64,000 nucleotides of DNA from Podarcis bocagei (taxonomy: Eukaryota): NCBI GenBank assembly GCA_964188305.1, contig OZ076897.1. One strand, given 5' to 3'. The translations under genes were made by a program, and so were the position numbers. Shown in pieces: positions 1-12,500 of this stretch. How positions within the stretch are numbered: position 1 is the first letter of the stretch; every line of letters begins with the position of its first letter. Below the pieces are notes generated by a model, which was not told where the DNA came from, ran no database searches, and saw only the letters and a list, made by a program, of their open reading frames with translations.

Positions 1-644
1 GAGGCTCCTGTTTTGTAGTGGCAATCAATGTCCTCTGGCAGATGTGTTTTGGGATGGTGCTATTATCGAGAGAAGCCTCATTAGCTGCTACGCCATGGCT
101 AAAGACCCCAGCCTGTCCTTTTAACCCATAGTTTTTTGGGTGCTAATCTGGTAGCACCTTCTAAGGTCTAGATTAGGTTGATACTTGTGGCAGCAAGTTT
201 GTCATACAACACAATGTTTTGGGACTGAATATCTATCATGAGCCTTGAGATGCCATCGGGCTCGGGCTGGAGTTGGCAGGCTGTGAATGATGAGGAGGAA
301 GGAGAAGATTGAATCAGGTGGTTTGTATGGTTCCGAAAATGGAAACCCAGATAAAAAAAGACAATGGAGAAACTCCCCTACAGGAAAAGTTCCCAACATT
401 TGGAGAGGTGGTGCCATGGGGGGGGGGGGTGCGTGGAGGTGGCAGTGGAGGTGGAGGCTAGGCACCCACAGCAAAAGTCTGGTGGGTGCCCAGGTCCCTG
501 AAGATGGTGGCAGTGATAGGGTCTGATATGCAAACAGCAACCCTGATTGGCTGGCCTTCATGTATGCATGGAGGAACTGTACACACATAGGTCCTTTTCA
601 CATTGATGCTAATTGTGTGGTTGTCAAGAAGCATGGTGAACATG

Positions 645-780
645 TACAATAGCCGACAGCCACATTGGATGTTCGGCTTCCGAAAAATGTTCAAAACCCG
701 GAACACTTACTTCCGGGTTTTTGGAGTTTAAGAACCAGAGTGTTTGAGAACCAAGGCATTAGAGAACCAAGGTACCACTG
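645..780. mobile_element. Partial Tc1/mariner (pogo/Tigger-like) MITE, one end only
   Basis: Ends AGGTACCACTG|TA; repeated GAGAACCAAGG; shares GGA(C/T)GTTCGGCTTCCG in reverse with the element at 44602. Confidence 0.65.
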
Positions 781-1843
781 TAGTGAACATAAAGGTCAGC
801 ATATAGTTTCCTTTTCACATTTTCTAATTGCCTTAAAATGGTTAGTTCTTGGATGTTTTAATGAAATGCAAGCTGACTTTGGATGGGCTATGCCCAAAAA
901 GATGAGCTATAAATAATAATAGTATTTATTATAAATATAGGGGATTATTCTATTTTACCTAATTATTTAATTCATATGTTATGCTTGCCTGTGCCCCTGA
1001 AGACTCTCTTCACTCCATCAGTATTTATTCATTAACTATCTCATTTCCTGTTTGTTTGCTAGACCACAGCAGTTTTGTGTGATGTCTTAACTGAAAATAC
1101 TGCTCCAAAGCCTAATTTGAATTCATAGTTTGCAAACCAATATTATGAAGTTAGAACTAACCATATTTTCCCAATTGGGATCTCATGGCAAACTACAGTG
1201 AGTGAGAAAACAGATAATATGTGAGCCTACATAAATGATCCCACGTGCCAGATTGTTTTTGTGTTTATATGTGAATTGAACGAATGCAGCAATATTCAGT
1301 CTCTTGTTTTTGCCAAGGAAACTTACATTCAAAGTAGGGAAAACAATGACTGAACATACTCAGCCTAAAATGTACATAGTAATTGTGTTATTTACTTATT
1401 GTTGTCTGTATGACAGATGGTAACTTCATTTGGTGTGGGTTGACTACCTTGAAATAATTTTAGAAATTCATTACCCTACCACCAGCTTCCTTATTTAGTT
1501 GTATAGGGGTTTTTTTTAAGGAAAAAAAAACCTGTAGTCACTTCTCAAACTAAAGACTGAAAGTAGGTTCAGCTCCAGAGGAAATAATAAACCAGGGGCT
1601 TACACAGGGCTTACACAGAAAGACGAGAGACAATGTGTGTAAGAAGGGAAATTCAGACAGATTATTGTACAAGTTGCAAAGAGAGAAGTGAAGAAGGAAA
1701 CTGAAACAACAGCTGGTACTAGAAACCTAGAAAAAGCAAAAAAGGAACTATATCAGGAACTTAAGTAGGAATATTGTCTTGTATAGGACAAAATGACCTA
1801 TGGTGATTCTGCTTTATACAGTTGCAGGAATGGAAATAATAGA

Positions 1844-1883
<40 letters not shown>
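1844..1883. repeat. (ATT)n microsatellite, about 13 units
   Basis: Direct reading; probably a retroposon tail. Confidence 0.95.
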
Positions 1884-1885
<2 letters not shown>

Positions 1886-1983
1886 TTATGAATCACTTTT
1901 CACAAATGTCTGAAGGCCATTTATTACCTTACAACAGGAACTAAAAATAGGTTTTAAAATGATAGCAAATTAACACCCAAGGA

Positions 1984-2169
1984 CATAGGAGCCAGCTTCT
2001 AGGGGCTGAGGGATCTTCACCCCTGATAAAATATTTGAGGGGTCTGGGCCCCCCCAAAGTTGATGGGCATTGCCTTTCAAATAGTGTGTGCACACTCTAT
2101 CATGTGATAAATTATGCAGGGTGAGGCTTACCTAGGTCCCCCAATATCTTATTCAAGTTGCCACCCCTG
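1984..2169. mobile_element. hAT-type non-autonomous element
   Basis: Imperfect TIRs CATAGGAGCCAGCTT / AAGTTGCCACCCCTG; 8-bp TSD CCCAAGGA / CCCAAGGG. Confidence 0.75.
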
Positions 2170-3124
2170 CCCAAGGGTGTATCCTATATTTATTCAACCT
2201 TGTTGAAACAAAAGTGACTTCAACATGGGCAAAATGTAGTTTCTAGTTGGTTGAACTGCAACAGGATAGCTATAGTTAAGGCATAACACTTTGGTCTCGT
2301 TCACGTGTCATGGTAAGCCAAACTACTGCTTCCTACAACCGTACATATGTTTGGGCTCCCAGAAGGAAGTTGACAGCCTCTTTGCTCCTTACTTTGCTCC
2401 CCATACCTATTTCTCTTTCCTCCCCACTTCCACCTCCAATCTGTAATTGCCACTCCAAGCAATTTGGTTAATCAATCTATTCCCAGTGACTGTGGAGCTG
2501 AAGTTTTGCAGGTGATCCCCAGCCTGCCGTGACAGCATGCTGGATTTCTGCTAGAAGCCAAACTTGGCTGATCATTCGATTTCCAATGATACAAGCTATG
2601 TACAGATTTGGAGTAAGCCCTATTGGATTAAGTGGAGCTGACTTGCTGCCAAGTAATTGCACATAGGATTTCGGTTGCAGATGTGGTAGAAGCATGTTCA
2701 GTGCAGGGAATGGAATTGCCATTGTACAGTGCATAACCATGATAGTCACAATCACACCCCTTCACAAGCGTCTAAGTTTATACAATAATCTTATAATTAT
2801 AGCATCATAACAATTATGGGATGTGTTGCAGTAACCAATGCAGATCTCCATGTGTTGCCTTTCAGCTTGATCTACTATTTCCTGTGCACATACTTGGGAA
2901 ATTATTTGGAGTGCTGCAATGTCTTCTTTCAGCCTGACTTAAATTATGTTTTCTGTTAAGTTCCAGTGTATCAGAATTTGCACACCGTTCTCTTGAAACT
3001 CTTGTGTTTTTTGTATTCCTAAATGTTTACCTTTGGAGCATACAGTGGGCAAAAAGCTCCCCCTTCATGCTGATTGGGCAGTGTTAGGACACTGGAGGAA
3101 TTCTGCTGCATAAATAGTAATGGG

Positions 3125-3261
3125 CAGTGCTTTTTTCTGGGAGTATGCATACCCCTAAACATTTTGTGAATCTATGTTTGGCCTCATTGAGGGGCAGTAT
3201 TTCAATATGAGTAGGAAAATGAGAGTATCCCTAAACATTTTTTTTAGAAAAAAAAGCACTG
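3125..3261. mobile_element. hAT-type MITE, 137 bp
   Basis: TIRs CAGTGCTTTTTTTCT / AGAAAAAAAAGCACTG; perfect 8-bp TSD GTAATGGG (3117-3124, 3262-3269). Confidence 0.92.
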
Positions 3262-4778
3262 GTAATGGGTCTTCAACCCTCTGCAACCCTGGACCATGGC
3301 ACCACTGTGCTTAACATAGTTACCTCCAAATCCATTCAAAGTGAGATACCATTGTCCATTGTCAAGTCTGCTTGTCAGAAAAGTACAAACCAAGTTTCAG
3401 CTTTCTCTTTTTATGAAACAAGACAATGCACGGAAGAAATTCATCTATCTCATCCAGGATTGGAAAACTGCAGGCCTGGGTCCCCACTATGGGTCTCAAT
3501 ACACCTCTTTCTGGCCCTTGAGACTCTCCCCAGGAAACTCCCCTCCCTGGCCCTGTTCCACATGTTCCTCAAATGTTTTGCCTGGCTGGAATGTGTCCTT
3601 CAACTGTGATCATTCCTCTTGCTTGCCTGGATTGAGGATGGAGAGAGGTGTATTTGAGTGTTTAAGAAACTTCCAAATATGTCTGGAATGCAGTCTACTG
3701 TACAAAGCTAAAAGTCACATTAGATGCTTTGCCTGCTTTTCTCTCTGGCCACGGCCACAACTGGCATGTGCCCCCTGGCCCTAATCTTTTGGATAGCATT
3801 TACCCAATGTTGCAGTTAAGGGTCAATCTACACATTAGTCACCCTAGATTTGGAGAGATGGTGTAGGAAAAAAGAAATATGTTGGTAATAGTTAGCAGCA
3901 TATTCAAATTAAATGCTTAGGACCAGACACACCTCTTCTTGAGCAAAATGCAGCTGTGTTGCCCCAGCAGCCTTAACCCTTCCTCCCAGACATCATTTTC
4001 CTGCCAAAAATCAGCCCCAGAAGTTCCCCTAACAGTGCTATTTTCAGCACTGCTCAACACTTCCTCTTTCAGTTCTAGGTTGCAGCTACTGTCACTGGGA
4101 AATCACTTCAAATTCACTTATTCTGCTTCTGTTCTTTATTGCTTTCTTTCCATTAACAGGCTTGTCCTAGGCTGGTATTTAGAAAATGAACTGTAGCTAT
4201 TGCATTATTATTATTTATTAAACTTATTAGTTGCTTGTAACTCAAAAAGTTCCCAAGTGACTTAGACTGAACACGCACGCACACACCCACACACAACAAC
4301 AACAGAAAAAAGGGGGATCATATAACACAGCCCATCCCCATAACAGTAATAGAAAACTTTGGCAGGATGGTAACAACAAACAAATCAATATTCCCATTAA
4401 CCAGAAGACAGAAATAAAAACTCAACCCTGACACCTACTCCCTATCCCTAAAACCATCACAGTGTGGGCAGGAGGTATTTTGAATCTTGTTTCTGCCCAA
4501 CCTAAAGTATGTGGCTCTTCCTCTAATCTCTCTTGGTTCAGAATGGCATGTCAACATAGTTTAGTAATGCTCCTTTGATGTTGCTTCCATTCCACTAATA
4601 GTGTGAACGGCTGAGAATAATTGGCAGAAGACAATTAGTGATAATGAAAACACATTATGGAATGTTTTGAATCAAATACGTCAGCTCCAGTTTTGTTTCA
4701 ATGTCACTGGTTACCAATTTGTTTGGGGGGGGGTAGCTTTTAAAGCCCTAAGTGGTCTGGGGACAGGATGCTTTAAAA

Positions 4779-4918
4779 AAGGGTTGGGAGACCTGTGGAC
4801 CTCCAGATGTTGCTGGACTACAACTCCCACTGCACTGACAATTGGCCACTTGGCTGGGTCTGATGGGAGTTGGTGTTCAGCAACATCAAGAGGGCTGCAG
4901 TCCGCCCCCCCCCCCCAC
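4779..4918. mobile_element. Degraded hAT-Charlie-like MITE (same family as 57518)
   Basis: CCTCCAGATGTTGCTGGACTACAACTCCCA ... TGGGAGTTGGTGTTCAGCAACATC inverted arms. Confidence 0.7.
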
Positions 4919-7177
4919 TTCAAGGACTCCTCTTCCATAATTGTCTATTCAAACTCCCATGTAAACTGTCAGAAACCCTGTTCTGTGTCTCCTCTGGTGG
5001 CAGTAAAACCTTGGATTTATCTGAAGACACCTTGGATGTCTGCTCTGAGCTTGTGACAGACAAGCAGGGTAAACGTAATTTCACCAAGACAAACAAGTGT
5101 CACTTTGGATGTGTAGGAATGCAGATATTCATGCTCAATTTGGTGGAAAGAATGCTGTCCATAAAACATCGCTTCATTGCTTGCTTGTGTGGCCTTACAT
5201 TCTCTAATAAAAAACAAAAAACTCAGTGCTAACATCTTAAAGGAGCTTCTTGTTTCTTGGGTAACTGTTTTGGCTTAACATCTAATATTTTAACCCAGGT
5301 GTGAATGAAGAGAACAAAACAGCAGAAACAAACAGCCACAACCATGGCAATTCTGAAACTCTCAAGAGAGATCACAGAAAGAAGCTGATGATGAAGGCAT
5401 ACATTTTAAGCTGCAAAGTGGCAACACATATAATACAGGGTGGGGAGGGAGGAAGGTGAGCAGAAAGTAAGAGAAGGAAAGAATGGAAGAGAACAAAAAT
5501 ACCAAGATCTGTGGATTAGGCAAATGCTGATGCATCAGAAACGGCAGGTGCTGTTTCAGAAACGATGTACAACACTATTTATCCTTGAGGACATTTTGCT
5601 AGACCTCACAGTTTCATAAGAACACTGCTTCCTCCACCTGGTGCACCGGGTGGATTAATGGACTACTCAGCCAGGGAGCTTTCTTAGCAATGTAAGTGCA
5701 AGGTTACAAATAAGAGCCCAAGTGGCTACCACCAAGTACAAACATGGCAACTGAGGCATATGGTGGCCATGTATTCCACTTCACAGAGACCAGCTGTCCT
5801 ATCCAAGTCCTGATTAAAAATAAAGAACCATAGGAAGGGAGAGCAAGGGCCTTTAAATTGCCCGCCAGTGGTTTAGCTCTTGGACAGCAGCATTCCCTAC
5901 AATGGTATTTGCATTTTAAATTTTAGTAATTACTTATACATTTGCATCTATACATATCAGCACATGCAAATTTTATGGTAATTTGTGTTCTCTCTTTTTA
6001 GTCATGCATTTCCTCTCTTTTCTTTGGCACAGCACACATGGTGGGGATGGACAAATCAATTTCAGTTTCTTACCTTTCCAATCTAAAATGCAGCTCATGA
6101 TTTATATATATTTGTTTGCAACTGTGCCAAATAAATAAAGTTTTCCCAAGGATTTTACCTAACAAAATGCATTGTTCGGTGCTATTTTTACTAATGCATG
6201 CTTCTTTTATGAACACATTACACAAATACACCTTTTATATGTATTTTATGGTTGGAGAATTGCACAGAAAATTCTAAGAAGAACAATTTCTGAAGGATGG
6301 CTGTGTTTCAGTTTTTATACTTTTTGGGGGAAGTACAGTTTAGGTTAGGTTCACATTAAAATGTAAATTAAATCAAATTTCTCCCCCATCCCTAATAAGT
6401 GGTCACCCTGTTGATAAGGCAAAGGATTCCTCACACTCTTCTTGATTCTTCCACAGAACATGTTGCACACAACATATGTATCACTCAAAGGATTTGTTGT
6501 TAAACATGACCACCATTGATGTTCACAATCCTGTTTTGCTTTAATTCAGAAACTTTGTTGCACAAACAATACAAGGCCTTTAACTTGTCTGTTTGGTATT
6601 CTGCTTGTTTGCAGTTCAATAACTCTCTTGAAAACTGATATACCAGAATGAGATTTTGTACATACATTTAAGGACAGTTCAGCATTTCAACTCTGAATAT
6701 CAATTCTACTTCTCCCCTTTTTCAGTCACCTTAGATTTCTGTTCTAACAGGTATCATAATGCAACCTTTCAAATACTGGAATGAAAGTTGGCATTCATCT
6801 TCAGGACATCACATTCATATTTGATCTTCTTTTCCCTCATTACAATGTAATACATCCCTTGAAAATTGAGATATTGGAATGTTTTTTCCCCTCCATAGTT
6901 CTCTGAAGTTAGAATATACTTTCAGTTGCCATATTAATTTGTGGTAGCAGTTGGAAGATGGAAGTCAGATTGTAATGCAATATCTGAAATGAAGTATCTT
7001 GAATACTGTGCTTTACCCACTCTAGTTTTGTAACTATTTTAAGTACTATTTTAATAGCACCATGTCAGAACTGCATGATTTCTGCAAAGAGGCAAGTGCA
7101 TACATGCCTATATGTCACACCATCTACAAATCCGTGTGTTATTTTATGTAAGTAATCAGACTTATGTACACCTAAAG

Positions 7178-7232
7178 GGGGGCTAGCTCAGTGAAAAAGC
7201 ACCCTGCTTCGTGTGCAAAAGGTCTTAAACCC
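7178..7232 (+). mobile_element. Degraded tRNA-derived SINE head
   Basis: GGGGGGCTAGCTCAGTG (A-box-like) followed by tRNA-like arm; B box lost. Confidence 0.45.
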
Positions 7233-8064
7233 AAAACAGCTACATGATAACTGAGCACATTTCGGGGGGAAAGGGTGGCGGTGAACTTTGGGGTAGTGAG
7301 ATGGAATGGAGTACCCTGGAAAGGGCATGGCTAGCTGATAGGGAGCCCTGAATGGGACCACTCCACACTGCAGCACTTTGTCACAGATAGTACTTGTTGA
7401 ATATATCTCAATTTTCTCACAAACTCTCACCCCATCACAATAAGTGGTGTGGGAGAGACATATTTTCCTGACAGCTTCAACATATTTGGAAATGTTGCAT
7501 CTTTACTCCAGCTGCGGTCAAGCCATCTCACACTTCATCATTCAATGCACAATCACTGAAAGTCCTCTCTAAACACCATCATCCTATTATCTGCCTGTTC
7601 ATTCGTCTTGTTTCCAAGTTATTCCAGATGTGTCCACTGCTTTGTCTGATCATTGCGTCTGTTATCCACGTTAGCTTCTTGCTTCCACTGCTAATTGGAC
7701 CACTTATCATCATTTCCCTAACCTAGAGTGCTCCGGCCTGCTTCTCTCTCTACTCCGCTCCCCTCAACTCTTTTTACCAAAATGCCGTACAAAACAAAAC
7801 AAAAGCAAGTGAGCAGCAATGAACAGCAGTCACTATTTGCCTGCTACTCTGGCCTTGTGCGTTATCATATCTTAACGCTGCCCAGCTGATGGCTTCTGGA
7901 CTCATCATGAACCTTGCTTGATATTCTGGTCCAAAAGCTCTCATACTCTACTCTGACATCCCTACCCCACACCAAATCAACAAGGCTACAGTCAGGTGTT
8001 CATTCATTCCCTTTCCATACATAGTCAGGGTTGTGTTTTAAAACCAACACTAGATGACACCCTG

Positions 8065-8570
8065 TGTATTGGAAGAAGCGGAGATCACCAGTGTCAAAGC
8101 AATGATTCTTCAACATCAACTTCGTTGGGCTGGTCATGTTGTGCGGATGCCCGATTATTGTCTTCCTAAGCAACTACTCTATTCCCAACTTAAGAATGGA
8201 AAGGGTAATGCTGGTGGTCAACAAGAGAGGTTCATAGATTCTCTCAAGGCAAATGTAAAAAAATGTAGTATAAACACCGACAACTGGGAAACACTGGCCT
8301 GCGAGCGCGCCAGTTGGAGAACAGCCTTTACGAAAGGTGTTGTGGGCTTTGAAGACGCTCAAACTCAGGACGAAAGGGAGAAATGTGCTAAGAGGAAGGC
8401 ACACTTGGCAAACCCTCCCCGTGATCAACTCCCACCTGGAAACCTATGTCCCCACTGTGGAAGAACGTGTGGATCCAGAATTGGCCTCCAGTCACTTACG
8501 GACTCACTGTTAAGATCATGTTCATGGAATACAATCTTACTTGGCTACGAGTGATCACCAAAGAAGATGA
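8065..8570 (+). mobile_element. RTE-clade LINE 3' fragment
   Basis: ORF 8054-8554 carries LRWAGHVVRMPD..LPKQLLY..L..GK...GGQ and C-terminal CPHCGRTCGSRIGL, typical of the RTE ORF C-terminus; frameshifted in the zinc-finger-like tail. Confidence 0.9.
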
Positions 8571-8629
8571 CAGCAACTGATGAAAAGGGCCCTGTCTGGG
8601 GGAGGCGTGATCATATGTATTTTAATTGA

Positions 8630-8750
8630 TTGTCTGATTTTATGTTATTACGTTATACATTTGATGTTAGCCGCTCTGAGCCCGGTTTTGGCCAGAGAGG
8701 TTGGGGAATAAACAAAAATTATAATTATTAAAAATTATTATTATTATTAA
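8630..8750 (+). mobile_element. L2-like LINE 3' tail
   Basis: TGTTAGCCGCTCTGAGCCCGG..GGCC..AGGGT.GGG..ATAAA + (ATT)n; reverse-complement similar to 26649-26720. Confidence 0.7.
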
Positions 8751-9305
8751 GAAAGGAACAGATTCCTTTGGAATTCGGACGGGCAGCACGTTCCTAAGCA
8801 GAAGCTGGACCCCACTTCCATTCACACAGTGGGCCATACTCCATAGAAAGCGCGTCCAGAGGAGGCATGTGTCTCCAACTTGTCCCAGAGCCATTTCTCG
8901 CTCCCGCCTCCAATCATGACTGACTTTTTGCCACCAGTCCAAATTCCAAGGAACTCCTCACAACGACCTCAGCAAGCTTGTGTGAACGTGAGCCCAGCTC
9001 TCCTCAAGTCTCTCACAGCGCGCCACATACTGACTCGCCTGTCCCGCTCCGACTCCCTTTCCTCACGTTCCGCCGCTCCAGACCCGCGTTGCTTGGGGGG
9101 CGAGTCGAGAGGGAGGCAGCGAGGCCGCCCTCAGCCCGTGCCTGCGTGAGGGGAAGCGGTTGTGGGCGGAGGAGGGAGGCGGCAAGGCGGCCGGGCCAGA
9201 GAGAGGCCTGCCCAGCAGTGTCTCGCCGCCCCAATGGGCGGCCGCGCCGGCGAGAGCAGCAGCGGCAGCAGCAGCGTCGGCGGCGTCTCGCGCAGCCTCC
9301 TCAAG

Positions 9306-9380
9306 ATGGCCGCCTCTCCTGAGCGACCTGCGGAGGCGGCGTCGGCTGCTGTGGGCTTGGCGCTACGGAGGCACCGCTGA
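9306..9380 (+). promoter_or_regulatory. Candidate uORF1 (24 aa, MAASPERPAEAASAAVGLALRRHR)
   Basis: aagATGg strong Kozak context, TGA at 9378-9380; only relevant if the TSS is upstream of 9306. Confidence 0.5.
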
Positions 9381-9459
9381 GGAGGGTGGCAGCCGGCTGG
9401 CGCCGTTCCCCCTGCGGCGGCGGCGGCGGCCCCGGGCAGACGTTGCGAGCTGCAACACC

Positions 9460-9474
9460 ATGCGGCGGGGCTAG
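9460..9474 (+). promoter_or_regulatory. Candidate uORF2 (MRRG*)
   Basis: accATG CGG CGG GGC TAG, ends 27 nt before the main ATG. Confidence 0.6.
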
Positions 9475-9501
9475 AGCCGGAGGCTCCCACCGCGAGCAAG
9501 G

Positions 9502-9513
9502 ATGTTAGCTGAG
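9502..9513 (+). CDS. SNX13: SNX13 exon 1 coding part (MLAE)
   Basis: agg ATG TTA GCT GAG|gtaaga inside the CpG island; phase 0; human starts MLTE. Confidence 0.93.
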
Positions 9514-12500
9514 GTAAGAGAGCCGCAGGCGAGACGGACCGGGCAGCGGCGGAGGAGAAGAAAAAGGGGCCCGGAGGCTGCAGGCCGCTCGCCCTGCGCG
9601 GCGCTCCGAGAGGTCCTGCCTCCGTGACAGCGGCCAGCCGCCCGCGAGAGACTCCTCGGGGCCCGTTTCCACGGCGGCGCGGGCCGTTGGGTCCCTGGAT
9701 AGTTGTTTTTTACCCCCGCGGGCCCCTGTGGGTGCTGCTGCCGCCCCTCAGCAAGCCGGCCGAGGGTGGCTTTGGGTCGTTTCATAAGGACGTCGGTGTG
9801 ATGAAGCTGAATGCCCGGCTGCTCCCGGTAGGCCTCCTTCGGGAGGCGTTGGCCTCCGGATGCAGGTCCGCACCTGGATTTCCTTCTCCATCCCTTCTCG
9901 GGGTCTCCCTCCCCCCCCCCCGGGTTAACTGACGAGCACCGGGGCAGCTTTATTACCCCGAGCCGAGAGAGGCGGCCACCAGCTCGGCACTTTCCTTATC
10001 TCCCTCAGTTTCACTCATGTGACCCTGCAGCATATCTCGTAAAGGGAAAGCGAATCTAGTTGTTGATAGTATTGTTCTTGGCGGTGGTAATGTTACGGAA
10101 CTTTCTCAGTGTAAAAGATCAACCCCGAATTATTTTATTTTTTTGAGGGTGGTTTGGGGTGTGTGTGATGGGACAGGAACTCAAGTCTTGTTTTCTCAGG
10201 ACTGCCTGCTGTTTAGACTCAGCCAGCCTGAATGGCTTAAACTTTTTAGGGTACTGTAATTAGAATTGTGGTTTGTGAGTGTTGCCTCCTGTGTTGCTGC
10301 TCATCTTTTGGTGGAGTGGGTAGGACTTGGGGCCCTTACAAATGTGTTGCCGGAAAAGCATTTCATGTGTTTTGTCCTCTCTGTGTTTTTAAATGTTGTC
10401 TGGTTTTTATTTGTTTTTATTTTTGTCAAGCTGCTTTGAGACTTTTTATTGGGGGCGAGGAATAAAAATGACTTCCTGTACTAAGTAAATAATAGCAGCA
10501 GCAACTTGATTGAATGCTAGTGTTATGCTTTTGGTATAAAGTGTGCTAGCTGTGTTCTTCCAGGTTAAGAAGCAAACACTCTTTTACTGCAGACCTATGT
10601 ACCATATAGTGACTCAGAAGTAAGCCCCATTGTGTTCAGTGGGACTATTCCCCAGGTAGGCGTGCATAGGATTGCCACCTTGTTATGTTTTCCGCAAAAG
10701 TGTCAGCAAGCTTTTAAGTTACACAGAAGTGCTCGAGGCTGCTAATTCTTTGCTGTTGTATTTTTCTGGATACTTAAGTGGTCCAGCTGCTGGTGGTTAA
10801 TGGGTCAAAAGTATTGTTGAATAATACATTGAATACCTTATGATAACTCAAGTCGCTCACCAGTGCCATGACCCTAAAGGTACTGGCTTAGACCATACTG
10901 AACATATGAAGCTCCTTCTTACTATGAGACCATTAGTATTGCCTATTCCTAAGTTGGGCCAGCTTTGTGGAGTCCAGGGCAGTGGGTTTTCTCAACCCTG
11001 CTCCCCTAAATTCTTTTAATTGATAAGTGCATCTGGGGTTCCTGTTTGCAAAGCAATTGATGTGCTCTTGTCATTAAATTCTGCAAAAGAAATGATCAAT
11101 AAGATACCTTGCTTTCATGTCATTTCAAACTGTAATGTATGAATCTGAGGACTATGTACAGTATATGAATTCGGTAACTATACGTGACAACCAAATAACA
11201 TGGTTACTGTTGCCGGCACTAGACATTTCCATGAAATTTGGAAGCTTGCATGCTTTTTCACCAACAGAAATGATGACATAAGAAGAAACTGCTGAATCAG
11301 GTCAGTGGCCCATCTTGTCCTGCATCCTGTTCTCACATTATCAGCCAGATGCCTGTGAGAAGCCAGCAAACAGGACATGAGAGCAACAGTAGTCATTGCA
11401 GTTCCCAGCAACTGGTATTCAGAGGCATAATGCCTCTGACAGTGGAGATAGATGCAAACATATTATTCTCTGAAGTGGTGTAGGAAAAAAATATTAGCAG
11501 ATAGTATTTATGTAGTGCTTTGAGTACTCTAAAGTGCTTCACATACATGCCTTGATAATGCTTACAATAGCCCTGTATGGAAATTCACTCTTACTATTTC
11601 CACATTGTATATTGGCTGAGGCTAATATATAATGATTCGCCTAAGGCTGCACCTAATCATTGTGAGGCAGATGCATACTTGTTAACTATGCAGTAAAATA
11701 CGGTTTTTATTTACATTTCCTGTTCATCCTCTGATCAGCTGTTTAAAAGTTCACTTGACCTGATAGCATTTAATAATGTATTGTGACTATTGAAGAAATA
11801 CTGTTTTGAGAAGTTCTTTTCTCAGGATTTATGTACATTTTTTGTACGTGTTGGACAGGAACTTTCTATTTTGATCTGTCTCTTTCATTTTGTTCAGATA
11901 TGTACATTCCAGAATGAAAGGTGCAGGGTGGTGCTAGTGGATTTCTATCAGCATAAGAGCTGGAGACGGAGATGCCTTGCACAGTGAGCACTTGACTAAT
12001 ACTGCTATCTATGTAAAATGAAAGGAACTTAAAAGCAGCACTGGCACCCAACCTCTGTATCAGCCTTGCAACTCATTTTGATTAAAAGATATAGCTTGGG
12101 GGTAATCAGAAAAGTGTGAGCATGGAGTATTACACATATGTCATCTTTAAATTGCTTACAGCACTGCCCTATACATGTTTGTTTGAAAGTGTGTCCTGCT
12201 CTGTTCATTGAGGCTTAGTCCCTAATGTGTAGGACTACAGTCCTAAAATAGCTTCTGAGTATCAATACTTGTTTAATAAGTATTGTAACACAGTTTTACT
12301 GGTGCTTTCATTGGATAGTAGTTGTCCATGTTTGACTGAACTTATTCAATCAGTCCTATGTTTCCTTGCTGATATTTTAGTACTAATCCCCACTGTCAGG
12401 GAACTGCCATCTTCTGGGGAAGAGAATCAGCGTAGCACAAGTGGAGAAGGGGGGCAGATGGGGGAAGCGGCGAGGTGGTCCTATGACTCCTTGCCTGGGA

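Larger units (their letters stand above)
8990..9990 (+). promoter_or_regulatory. CpG-island promoter / exon 1 of SNX13
   Basis: Abrupt GC- and CpG-rich kilobase in AT-rich DNA; GC box GGGCGG 9164-9169, CCAAT 9231-9235, YY1-like CAAGATGGCCGCC 9302-9314, no TATA box. Exact TSS cannot be read from sequence. Confidence 0.92.

Noticed and set aside
202-916. Overlapping ORFs of 79-128 aa at the window start
   Set aside because: No recognisable domain or exon structure; they run over a G-homopolymer and MITE remnants.
8054-8554. 166-aa ORF as a host gene
   Set aside because: It is the truncated, frameshifted C-terminus of an RTE LINE ORF.
9472-9477. Programmed readthrough of the uORF2 stop
   Set aside because: The context TAG AGC does not match known leaky motifs such as UGA CUA G or UAG CAA UUA.
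8880-9932. Many GC-rich ORFs on both strands at the promoter
   Set aside because: Expected from low stop-codon density in a CpG island; only the SNX13 start and the two ATG-initiated uORFs were kept.
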